NCBI GenBank assembly: GCA_030680695.1
Contig: JAUXUT010000149.1
Coordinates: 357,000-420,999 of the forward strand
Source: a bacterium
GTDB lineage: Bacteria > Patescibacteriota > Minisyncoccia > Phycocordibacterales > UBA6065
Direction: 5' to 3'
DNA length: 64,000 nucleotides
Part shown: positions 47,181 to 55,956 of the stretch, piece after piece
How positions within the stretch are numbered: the stretch's first letter is position 1
How the letters are laid out: the number at the start of each line of letters is the position of its first letter
Translations under genes and position numbers: made by a program
The notes under the pieces: generated by a model
What the model saw: the letters and a program-made list of their open reading frames with translations, nothing else
Database searches by the model: none
What the model was told of the DNA's origin: nothing

Positions 47181-48428
47181 CTAGTTTCGTCCAAGGATAG
47201 AATCGAGGATATTCTTGCGCACAATCATACGAGCCGGTATGTATCCCGCAATGATAGTGGTAAAGACAAGAAGAGCGATGCGCAACATAGTCCCGTCGAG
47301 CGGCGCGACCAAGATGCCGTCGGAGAACGGAAAGTTAATCGGATTAGCCGCGATGTACGGCTGGAGAATAACGTACAGCACGAAAAGTCCAATGGACGAG
47401 CCGATGACCGCGTAAAATATCGACTGGAAAACATATGACGTTTCAATCGCTGTGCCGCTGATGCCGATTCCCTTCATGATACCGATGAACTTGCGGCGCG
47501 TGATGGCGTTTATGAAGATGACGATGAATATCGTAATCGAGGCGACGGCAAGACCGATCGAGCTGATCATGTTTCCGAGAAGGGCGAATGTGGCCTTGAT
47601 ATCTTGAAGAAACTTCGGCTGGGCATCCTCGAAAGTCTGGACGCGAGCAAACTCCCCCACGCCGGATCTGATTAAGCTGTCACGAACGACTACCGCACTG
47701 GCGCCAGGTTTTAGTTTGATGGATATTTCATCTACGTTATAGTCACCGCGGCCGATGAGCGAGCGGAACTGAGAATCGACCATAAAAACGCGGAATGCGA
47801 GTTCGTCTACTTTTGCTTGAATAATGCCCTTCACTGTGACTTCGCGCGTGATGCCGTTGACCGTAATGCGCACCTTGTCGCCGATATTGATGTCAGAAAG
47901 AGTTGTAAAGCCTGGTGATTCAATCGGCAAGTATTTTTTCAAAAGGTTGGCGCCGATAAGTACCTGATCATAATCGCCAGGTTCAAGGTATTCACCCTCG
48001 ACGATAAAGCGAGAAAGGTTAGTGGTCTGGTCTTCGGCCACAGGGTCAATGCCCACGAAACTACCGCCCGCGCGCTCGATCTCGTCTGGGTCTATCGCCT
48101 CTTTATAATGAGCTTCGATCGTGCCACCCTGCAGGTATCGGGCCGCAAAAACCTGCGCCTCGGGCAACGCCGCGACAATCGAAAGTACCTGCGGACTTTG
48201 CTCGATATAATCCTTCTTCGGCAGGTTAGATATGATGACGTCGCTCGTATAATAAATCTTGTTCGCCTCGACTGCGCCTTCGATCAAGCCAACAAGCACA
48301 CCAGACACCACCACAAGATTAAGGAATGTGAGTGCCATCACAAAAACGATAAGACTTGTTGTCCATATGCTCGCCCTGCGCACCTGGCGCAATGCGAGAA
48401 AGAATCCTATACGTATAAATTGAGGCAT
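47181..48428 (-). CDS. ABC transporter permease (MacB/FtsX/LolE type)
   Basis: TM1, a large extracytoplasmic domain, then three TMs; RRKFIGIMKGIG and GYIPAR. Confidence 0.9.
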   Translation of the reverse strand: MPQFIRIGFFLALRQVRRASIWTTSLIVFVMALTFLNLVVVSGVLVGLIEGAVEANKIYYTSDVIISNLPKKDYIEQSPQVLSIVAALPEAQVFAARYLQGGTIEAHYKEAIDPDEIERAGGSFVGIDPVAEDQTTNLSRFIVEGEYLEPGDYDQVLIGANLLKKYLPIESPGFTTLSDINIGDKVRITVNGITREVTVKGIIQAKVDELAFRVFMVDSQFRSLIGRGDYNVDEISIKLKPGASAVVVRDSLIRSGVGEFARVQTFEDAQPKFLQDIKATFALLGNMISSIGLAVASITIFIVIFINAITRRKFIGIMKGIGISGTAIETSYVFQSIFYAVIGSSIGLFVLYVILQPYIAANPINFPFSDGILVAPLDGTMLRIALLVFTTIIAGYIPARMIVRKNILDSILGRN

Positions 48429-48446
48429 GTGGTGATATTACTCTTC

Positions 48447-49916
48447 CTATTTCGCAGGATTAAGGAATATTGTTTCGCCTTCCGTGAGCCCGGACAAAAC
48501 CTCGACGTTGCCGCGGGAATCGGTCGAACCTGTAACTACGATGCGCTCTTGCGCGGACTCGGTCGCCATAAAGACAATTTTCTGGCCATCACGGTCGAGC
48601 ACGGCACGAGAAGGAACCATGACAGTCTCTGGCTTGCGTAGGGTTTCAATCGAAACGTTGGCCGTCATACCAGGGCGAACACGTATGTCCGACTCCTTGA
48701 AAGCGAGTTCGATTTTGTAGTTTGAGACACCATCACGAACGGTCTCAGCAGGATCAATATGCGACACTGTCGCAAAGAACTTTTCTGTCGAGCCATAGGC
48801 GTCGAGGGTGATTTCCGCCTCGTTGCCAATGCGTATACCAGCGATCGAAACCTCTGGCACAAAGGCTTCTATTTTCAGGTCTGGGCTTATAACAGAAACA
48901 AGGGTAGCGTTCTGTGACACAGTCTCGCCCACTTTCGCATCCTGACGCGATACGATGCCGGCAAACGGCGCACGAATAGTGGTGTCAGAAAGCTGGGCGC
49001 GATATGCGGCCACGTTCGCCTCGGCAGCAGCCACGCGGGCGGCTTGCACCGACACATCCGAAAATACGCCGCTCACACGGTCGGTCTGGGATGCGAGATC
49101 GGTGAGGGCTGAGTTCACAGCACTGCGGGCCGATGCAATGTCGGTGCGATATTTATCAATAGTCGCCTGGGTAAGATTCGAATTTGTCTCCATGGTGTTG
49201 ACCGCTATCGCTACATCGTTCAGAAAAGCCACAACGGTCGCACCATATGACTTGGACAAGGCGAGTGCCTCGGCCGCACCAGCAGAATTATTGCCGATGG
49301 TCGCTGCAAGCAAAGACCAACGTGTAAAAACGTCCTCGACATCAATACGGGAGGAGTTAATCCTCATGCGTAGTTCATATCCCTTGAATGACGGCATGAT
49401 TTCTGGGTTTTGAGAACTCGGATTGGTGAAAAGCTGGTCCACCTTGTTGTGGACGGCGTCATCAGCCGCCGTATAGGCGGTGACAATTTTCTGGGCGGTT
49501 TCACCCTGAACGTTATCAACCTTGGCCGCGCCCGTCGAACCAGTCGTACCAACCGAACCACCCTGGAGGGCCGAGAGCTCGGCACGCGCCGCGACGAGAT
49601 CAGATTCGGCCTTCAAAAGATTCGCAGCCACGCTCGCCTTGTCGAGTTCGACGATTGCCTCGCCTGCCCTGACCGAATCTCCCACTGATTTATTCACACT
49701 AGACACAGTGCCACCTGCGGTAAAGGCGAGGTTGGCACTCTGGCGAGAAACCACCTTGCCCGATACGCGCACAGATCGCACAAGGTCCCCTTTTGCGACG
49801 ACGGCCGTTTCTCGCTTACCATTACCATCACCAGTAAACGCAAAGCCCGCTATCGCAAGCACGATGATAATAGCGCCAATAACCAGTCCTTTCTTGCCTT
49901 TAAAGTATTTCTTCAT
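48447..49916 (-). CDS. Efflux membrane-fusion (MacA/HlyD-like) adaptor
   Basis: VGDSVRAGE, long hairpin, IRAPFAGIV, RPGMTANV, VLSGLTEGE. Confidence 0.9.
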   Translation of the reverse strand: MKKYFKGKKGLVIGAIIIVLAIAGFAFTGDGNGKRETAVVAKGDLVRSVRVSGKVVSRQSANLAFTAGGTVSSVNKSVGDSVRAGEAIVELDKASVAANLLKAESDLVAARAELSALQGGSVGTTGSTGAAKVDNVQGETAQKIVTAYTAADDAVHNKVDQLFTNPSSQNPEIMPSFKGYELRMRINSSRIDVEDVFTRWSLLAATIGNNSAGAAEALALSKSYGATVVAFLNDVAIAVNTMETNSNLTQATIDKYRTDIASARSAVNSALTDLASQTDRVSGVFSDVSVQAARVAAAEANVAAYRAQLSDTTIRAPFAGIVSRQDAKVGETVSQNATLVSVISPDLKIEAFVPEVSIAGIRIGNEAEITLDAYGSTEKFFATVSHIDPAETVRDGVSNYKIELAFKESDIRVRPGMTANVSIETLRKPETVMVPSRAVLDRDGQKIVFMATESAQERIVVTGSTDSRGNVEVLSGLTEGETIFLNPAK

Positions 49917-49963
49917 ATTTGTGCCGTCCAGTATACGATATAAGGACGAGTCTTATCAAAGGG

Positions 49964-50542
49964 CTATTTCTCGGTGTTCCTCCGGAGCCATGCGCGTACA
50001 TTACGCACGATAAGGTTAAGGGTGATGACCGCGAGAATGGAAAGGACGATGATACGGAACTCGTACCTGCGTATATCGCCCAGTATTGCCTCTAAAACAT
50101 CGCCGGCCAAGTATCCCGCGCTTACAAATATAATCGCCCAACAAACCGCCCCGAGCGCATTCCACATAAGGAACCGCGAGGTAGGAATACTTGTTGTGCC
50201 CATGCTAAACGGCACGACATGTCGAAATCCGTACATGAACCGCATTGAAAAGGATGCAATTTCTGGCCTCCTTTCAACAAAGGCGCTCGGCCTGCGTATG
50301 AGGTGTCGAAAATATGGGAAACGCGCGAATATCCAGTCTCTTTTGTACCTGCCAAGGAAGAAGAAAGACCAGTCTCCAACGACTGCTCCTATAGCGGCGA
50401 ACAATACGAGCATGGAAAATGACAGGTATTCACCGTGAGAGGAAAGGCCGCCCAGCAATACTACCGATTCACCTTCGAATATTGATCCAACAAAAACGGC
50501 GAGGTAGCCATATGACTCGATGAATTGGGTGACTGGGAGCAT
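49964..50542 (-). CDS. DedA family membrane protein
   Basis: YGYLAVF..EGE, GAVVGD..F.LGR, RFMYGFR, FLMWNALGA. Confidence 0.9.
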   Translation of the reverse strand: MLPVTQFIESYGYLAVFVGSIFEGESVVLLGGLSSHGEYLSFSMLVLFAAIGAVVGDWSFFFLGRYKRDWIFARFPYFRHLIRRPSAFVERRPEIASFSMRFMYGFRHVVPFSMGTTSIPTSRFLMWNALGAVCWAIIFVSAGYLAGDVLEAILGDIRRYEFRIIVLSILAVITLNLIVRNVRAWLRRNTEK

Positions 50543-50583
50543 GGTTGTGTCATGCTATCACATAGTGAATAGTGTCGGGAATC

Positions 50584-50617
50584 GGTCACGGGTCCTCGCC
50601 TGCTGACTCGGCCCGCG
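50584..50617 (-). repeat. GA-hairpin-GAG family element (copy 4) downstream of tRNA-Glu
   Basis: - strand CGCGGGCC-GAGTCAGCAGGCGAG-GACCCGTGACC, with flanks matching copy 1. Confidence 0.55.
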
Positions 50618-50642
50618 TTATGTCTGCTTTTTCTTTGCGTTG

Positions 50643-50714
50643 TGACCCTACGGGGAATCGAACCCCGATTACAGCCTTGAAAAGGCCGTGTCCTAACCGT
50701 TAGACGATAGGGCC
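50643..50714 (-). tRNA. tRNA-Glu(TTC)
   Basis: Acceptor GGCCCTA/TAGGGTC, arm CGGCC-TTTTCAA-GGCTG, GGTTCGATTCC. Confidence 0.94.
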
Positions 50715-50802
50715 GGATAAACTTTCCGACGGCTATCAATATAGCCCTTTTTTGCCTTTTTGGCAAAAAAGGGCTAGTATGATGCGGCTAAGACAACACC
50801 AT

Positions 50803-50889
50803 GGAGAGGTGGCAGAGTGGTCGAATGCACCAGTTTCGAAAACTGGCAGGCTCGCAAGGGTCTCGGGAGTTCGAATCTCCCCCTCTCCG
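50803..50889 (+). tRNA. tRNA-Ser(CGA)
   Basis: Acceptor GGAGAGG/CCTCTCC, arm CCAGT-TTCGAAA-ACTGG, long variable arm, G73. Confidence 0.95.
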
Positions 50890-50895
50890 CAAGAC

Positions 50896-50927
50896 CAAAA
50901 AATCCATGCGAAGGCATGGATTTTTTG
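50896..50927. terminator. Bidirectional terminator after tRNA-Ser
   Basis: CAAAAAATCCATGC-GAAG-GCATGGATTTTTTG. Confidence 0.8.
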
Positions 50928-50968
50928 CGTCTCTGCGGCAGAGTAAAGAGATGAGAAAGGCGGAGCGC

Positions 50969-50984
50969 CCGAGCGAAGCGAGGC
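50969..50984 (+). repeat. GA-hairpin-GAG family core (copy 5)
   Basis: CC-GA-GCGAAGC-GA-GG. Confidence 0.5.
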
Positions 50985-51051
50985 CTCCCACATGGGAGGC
51001 TTTGTTATTCTCAAATCTTTATAAAATCTGGCGAGATGTAATTACCCCCTT

Positions 51052-51081
51052 ATTATACACCCAAACATAGGTATTTGTCAA
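51052..51081 (-). promoter_or_regulatory. sigma70 promoter with no credible ORF downstream
   Basis: - strand TTGACA-18-TATAAT with GGGTG before the -10. Confidence 0.6.
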
Positions 51082-51119
51082 GCACCTCTCAGCACCACAC
51101 ATAAGGTAAGATTATTTCC

Positions 51120-51461
51120 ATGATAAAGGAACAATTCACAGGCTTTTTCCATTTCGTCCGCACACAAGGTGTGGCCGGTTTTGCAATAGGCTTCATCCTC
51201 GGTCGGGCGGTGTCGGACCTTATTGGCTCGTTCGTAAATGACATCATAAACCCTGTTATTGGTCTGGCGCTCACCCGTTTTACTGACCTCGCTTCCCTGT
51301 CTGTCTCGATCAATGGCTCGACCATCGGATATGGCAAGTTCATCTCGCTTTTCATCAACTTCCTCATCCTTGCGGCGGTCGTGTATTTCGGTATAAAAAA
51401 GCTTTCCGAGAAGTTCGATCAGCCGAAAGATGCCCCGCTTGCCCCGGGTGTGAAGAAATAG
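51120..51461 (+). CDS. mscL: Large-conductance mechanosensitive channel (short)
   Basis: VAGFAIGFILG..SFVNDIINP, YGKFISLFINFLI. Confidence 0.88.
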   Translation: MIKEQFTGFFHFVRTQGVAGFAIGFILGRAVSDLIGSFVNDIINPVIGLALTRFTDLASLSVSINGSTIGYGKFISLFINFLILAAVVYFGIKKLSEKFDQPKDAPLAPGVKK

Positions 51462-51475
51462 TAAAGTGTCCTTAT

Positions 51476-51552
51476 GCGCGCTTAGCTCAGTTGGCTAGAG
51501 CATCTCATTGACGTTGAGAGGGTCGGGGGTTCAAGTCCCTCAGCGCGCACCA
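51476..51552 (+). tRNA. tRNA-Val(GAC)
   Basis: Acceptor GCGCGCT/AGCGCGC, arm TCTCA-TTGACGT-TGAGA, encoded CCA. Confidence 0.94.
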
Positions 51553-51553
51553 C

Positions 51554-54220
51554 ATGGACTGGTACAAGCTTTCTCCTTCAGAAACGTTCGCCGAGCTCGG
51601 TTCAAGAGAACACGGACTTTCCGATGCCGAGGCAAGGCGAAGGCTCGCAGAAAAAGGCCCTAATTCCCTGCCCGAGGCCAAGACAGACTCCCTGATTTCA
51701 ATATTCTTACGGCAATTCGCGAGCCCTATCATATATATACTCCTGGGCGCCGCCACGATTGTCCTTCTGCTCGGTGACATCGTGGACGCCTCGATCATCG
51801 CGGCGGTGCTTTTCATAAACGCGATTGTCGGTGCAGTCCAAGAAGGCCGCGCGCAGAACACGATGGCAGCCCTGCGTCGCATGGTGCAGACAACCGCTGT
51901 TGTGCTCCGTGATGGCAAAGAAGCGATCATGCCGTCCGAACAGGTTGTCCCCGGCGACATCATCGTCCTTCGTGAAGGCGACAAAGTTCCTGCCGACGCC
52001 CGTATCGCTGAATCGAACGCCTTGAAAGCCGAGGAAGCGGCCCTAACTGGTGAATCATCGTCCGTGCTTAAAATGAGTGATTCGATCGCGGCCAACGACT
52101 TGCCTGCATCAGACCAAACAAACATGGTGTTCCGCGGAACATACATCATCGGGGGCGACGCACGAGCGGTTGTTGTTGCAACTGGCAAGGATACAGTTAT
52201 CGGTGGCATATCGCAGATGCTTGAATCGCTCGACACTGAAGTGCCTTTGAAGGCGAGCATCCGCAAGCTTTCTCATATTATCGTTGGTGTGGTTCTTTCT
52301 GTATGTGCTCTGATATTTACTATCGGAATAATGCGAGGCATACCGTTCGAAGATATGTTCGTCACCGCCGTTGCGGTCGCCGTATCGGCGACACCTGAAG
52401 GTCTGCCTGTTGTTGTGACAATTGTGCTCGCAGCAGGAATGTATCGCATGAGCCGCCAAAACGCCCTTGTAAGGAAGCTTCAGGCAGTCGAGGCGCTCGG
52501 ACAAGCGACCGTTATCGCCGTAGACAAGACAGGCACCATCACTCTCAACCAAATGGCCGTTGAAAAGCTCTGGGTATCATCAGGTATGCATGACATCGAG
52601 GCGAACGGATACAATCCCGAAGGCGGAGTTTCCATGAACGGAAATAAACTCGAACCACTCGACCATGCAGATTTGCTCGCCGCAGGAAGGATCGCGGCCT
52701 TCACGGCTGGATCTGCTATCGCATATTCCGAAGAGGAAAAAGAATGGAAACGTCTTTCTGGCGACCCTACCGAAACCGCCCTTCTCATCTTGTCGAAAAA
52801 AATCGGCTTCGAAAAATCCGTCCTTGAATCAGAACATCCGCGCGCCCTCGACATTCCGTTCAGTTCTCATACCAAATACCACGCATCTATTAATAAGACA
52901 CCTGACGGTCTCTCCTTCTCGGTGGCTGGAGCTCCGGAAGTTGTGCTCGAAAACAGTTCGACCATATGGAAAAACGGAAAATCTGTGCGCCTTACAAACG
53001 AGGACAAAAGCGCCATTGAATCGGCCTTACTCGGTATGTCGTCGCTCGGTCTGCGCGTTGTTGCTCTTGCTGTACGAATGGGTCATGAATCGGCGATCGT
53101 GCCCGATTCCCTGCCAGAACTTTGTTTCGTCGGCCTCGCCGGTATAAGTGACAGTGTACGAAGCGATGTGAACGACGCACTTAGACGCGCCCAAGAAGCT
53201 GGGGTAAAAACCGTAATGATAACCGGCGACCATCCTGAAACCGCCAGGGCCATAGCCCAAAAGGTCGGCATATGGAAAGAAGGCGACCGTGTGATAACCG
53301 GAAAAGACCTTGCAGCCTTAAACGAAGTGGAGCTTGCCCATGTCCTTGGCGAAACAAGTGTATTCGCTCGCGTCGCACCACAAGACAAGCTCAAAATAAT
53401 CGAGGCCTATCGCAAGCGCGGCGACACGATTGCGATGACGGGTGACGGAGTGAACGACGCACTATCCCTCGCCGCAGCTGACCTTGGTGTAGCCATGGGA
53501 AAAATTGGTACTGAGGTGGCCAAAGAAGCCGCAGACATCGTCCTTCTCGATGACAGTTTTGCGAGCATCGTCGCCGCGATTGAAGAAGGTCGAAACGTGT
53601 ACCGATCTATCAAGAAAGTTATACTTTATCTGTTCTCTACTTCTATCGGCGAGATACTGACCATAACTTTCGCCATGATTATTGGCTTCTCGATTCCTTT
53701 GCTTGCCACCCAGATTCTTTGGTTGAACTTCGTCACAGGTAGTTTCCTTGTCATATCGCTCGCCCTTGAACCGCGCGAAAAGAATCTTCTCATGCCATCC
53801 AAGCGCAAAACATCTCTCATTGATCGCCTTATGGTTGGAAGAATACTGCTCATCGCCCCAACTATGGCGATTGTCTCGCTTATAATGTTTGCTTCTTATA
53901 TCGAACAAGGATTTGTTGTTGCCTCGACTGTTGTGCTCTGTACCCTTGCTGTATGTCAGTGGTATCACACATTCAATTGCCGCACGGAAAGGCATTCGGT
54001 ATTTGGACGGACACTTTGGAGAAATAAATATCTCCTTGGTGCAATCGCTCTTGTTGTCGGACTTCAGATGCTTGCTGTATACGCGCCGTTCATGCAGAAA
54101 ATCCTCTACACTACACCAATTGGATTATCAGACTGGCTGATTATCGCCGGTGCGTCGCTCGCTGTGGTTCTCGTCGAAGAAATCCGCAAGGCGTTCGTCC
54201 GTCTGACCGTCAGTAAATAA
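51554..54220 (+). CDS. Cation-transporting P-type ATPase (P2A, Ca2+-like)
   Basis: TGES, PEGLP, DKTGT, MITGD, GDGVND. Confidence 0.93.
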   Translation: MDWYKLSPSETFAELGSREHGLSDAEARRRLAEKGPNSLPEAKTDSLISIFLRQFASPIIYILLGAATIVLLLGDIVDASIIAAVLFINAIVGAVQEGRAQNTMAALRRMVQTTAVVLRDGKEAIMPSEQVVPGDIIVLREGDKVPADARIAESNALKAEEAALTGESSSVLKMSDSIAANDLPASDQTNMVFRGTYIIGGDARAVVVATGKDTVIGGISQMLESLDTEVPLKASIRKLSHIIVGVVLSVCALIFTIGIMRGIPFEDMFVTAVAVAVSATPEGLPVVVTIVLAAGMYRMSRQNALVRKLQAVEALGQATVIAVDKTGTITLNQMAVEKLWVSSGMHDIEANGYNPEGGVSMNGNKLEPLDHADLLAAGRIAAFTAGSAIAYSEEEKEWKRLSGDPTETALLILSKKIGFEKSVLESEHPRALDIPFSSHTKYHASINKTPDGLSFSVAGAPEVVLENSSTIWKNGKSVRLTNEDKSAIESALLGMSSLGLRVVALAVRMGHESAIVPDSLPELCFVGLAGISDSVRSDVNDALRRAQEAGVKTVMITGDHPETARAIAQKVGIWKEGDRVITGKDLAALNEVELAHVLGETSVFARVAPQDKLKIIEAYRKRGDTIAMTGDGVNDALSLAAADLGVAMGKIGTEVAKEAADIVLLDDSFASIVAAIEEGRNVYRSIKKVILYLFSTSIGEILTITFAMIIGFSIPLLATQILWLNFVTGSFLVISLALEPREKNLLMPSKRKTSLIDRLMVGRILLIAPTMAIVSLIMFASYIEQGFVVASTVVLCTLAVCQWYHTFNCRTERHSVFGRTLWRNKYLLGAIALVVGLQMLAVYAPFMQKILYTTPIGLSDWLIIAGASLAVVLVEEIRKAFVRLTVSK

Positions 54221-54224
54221 AATT

Positions 54225-55391
54225 ATGAGAATACTCGGCATAGAAACATCCTGCGACGAGACTGCCATCAGCATCATCGACGTTGATGAGGCCGCTAATT
54301 CGGTCCGTGTCCTCGCAAACATCGTGCATACGCAAATGGATTTGCATACGCCTTATGGTGGAGTCTTTCCTATGCTTGCCAAACGTGAACACGCTAAAAA
54401 CCTCGTGCCTGTACTCAAACAAGCGCTCGATGCGGCGGCCATGCACACACCAGGCACAACCTCAATCGACCTCGCACAGACCGAGGAAATACTTAAACTC
54501 GAGCCAGAACTTTTCACGGCCTTCAAAGCGTTTGTGCCGACCATCGCAAAGCCAAACATAGACTTGATATCAGTCACTGCAGGACCGGGCCTTGAACCAG
54601 CTCTTTGGGTCGGTATTGGATTCGCTCGTGCCCTATCGCTCGCTTGGAATGTACCTGTCGTACCTGCAAACCACATGGAAGGCCATGTCCTCGCTGCGCT
54701 CATTGCACCAATCTCGGAAGGCGCATATGACCTCCTTAATCGAAGAATTCTATATCCTGCCCTTTCACTTCTCATTTCAGGGGGCCATACACAGATTGTC
54801 GTCACTGATGCAGTTGGTTCGTATCGCATCGCCGGTGACACGCGCGACGATGCGGTTGGAGAGTGTTTCGACAAGGTCGCTCGCACTCTCGGCCTCGCAT
54901 ATCCTGGCGGACCAAAAGTTTCAAAACTTGCTGCCGAGGCGCGCGCCGAAGGAATCGAATCACCTGAACCATTGCCACGACCGATGATAGATTCTCCCGA
55001 CCTAGACTTCTCATTCTCTGGCCTCAAAACCGCCGTATTGTATCTAACTAAACGCGTAACACTCGACGAACGCACAATCAAAGGCATTTGCCGTGAGGCC
55101 GAAGACGCTGTGACCGACGTACTTGTTGCCAAGGTCCGGAAAGCGATTGAAATATATGCCGTCGAAACCATGATTGTGGGCGGGGGCGTCATTGCCAACC
55201 CACACATCAGACAGGCGCTTGAACGACTCGCCGTAGATTCGACCGTAAAACTTCTCTTGCCCCATACAGACCATTCAACAGACAATGCCCTCATGATGGC
55301 TCTTGCGGGTTATTTCAATACTGACAAGGCTTTGCAACCAGGCGCAGACATAGTCGCCAAAGGCACCCTCCCTATCGGTCCACGCGCCTGA
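54225..55391 (+). CDS. tsaD: tRNA N6-adenosine threonylcarbamoyltransferase
   Basis: ILGIETSCDET, GPGL, NHMEGH, SGGHT, DDAVGE.FDK, FSFSGLKT, TDNA. Confidence 0.96.
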   Translation: MRILGIETSCDETAISIIDVDEAANSVRVLANIVHTQMDLHTPYGGVFPMLAKREHAKNLVPVLKQALDAAAMHTPGTTSIDLAQTEEILKLEPELFTAFKAFVPTIAKPNIDLISVTAGPGLEPALWVGIGFARALSLAWNVPVVPANHMEGHVLAALIAPISEGAYDLLNRRILYPALSLLISGGHTQIVVTDAVGSYRIAGDTRDDAVGECFDKVARTLGLAYPGGPKVSKLAAEARAEGIESPEPLPRPMIDSPDLDFSFSGLKTAVLYLTKRVTLDERTIKGICREAEDAVTDVLVAKVRKAIEIYAVETMIVGGGVIANPHIRQALERLAVDSTVKLLLPHTDHSTDNALMMALAGYFNTDKALQPGADIVAKGTLPIGPRA

Positions 55392-55464
55392 CCGAAACAC
55401 TCACACAAGACAAGAAAAGCCGCTCCTTTCGGAGCGGCTCGAGATTTTTATGACCACCCACGAC

Positions 55465-55875
55465 TCATGCGCACTTTCTGTGCTCAGCCATAATCAATGA
55501 CCGAGACTTCTCAATGGAACGGATCACTGACTCGACGATCCGACCGTTGTCCATGTGCTCGAGGATGACGACTACCGCGATGAAGCGGTTGTATCTCCTC
55601 CGAGACTGTTTAAACCTGAACCTCCGAGCAAAATGTTCTGAACTTTTCACCTGAAGGAACACTTTGCCAAGATCATGGGTTTCGATAACATAATCAATTC
55701 CTTTATGATCCTGATCCGGGGTGGCCGGATACACAGTATGGAACCACTCAGGGAGCTTGTTCTGTCGCTCCATAAGGGCATCGAGAACTCGCACCTCCGT
55801 TTCTCTCCCTTTGCGCACGACCGCTTCGTGGCCCACGAGGCTAAACAGCCTCGATGTTCTGGTGAGGGCTTTCAT
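55465..55875 (-). CDS. Small PD-(D/E)XK nuclease-like protein
   Basis: DHKGIDYVI...VFLQVKSS. Own promoter-like sequence and a terminator shared with tsaD (55416-55440). Confidence 0.55.
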   Translation of the reverse strand: MKALTRTSRLFSLVGHEAVVRKGRETEVRVLDALMERQNKLPEWFHTVYPATPDQDHKGIDYVIETHDLGKVFLQVKSSEHFARRFRFKQSRRRYNRFIAVVVILEHMDNGRIVESVIRSIEKSRSLIMAEHRKCA

Positions 55876-55956
55876 GGGGCTTCCCTTGCATTAAACATAA
55901 AAACGGTGAAAAAATCAATCGTTTCTGATATCATGAGCGAACCTATCTAATCGCCA

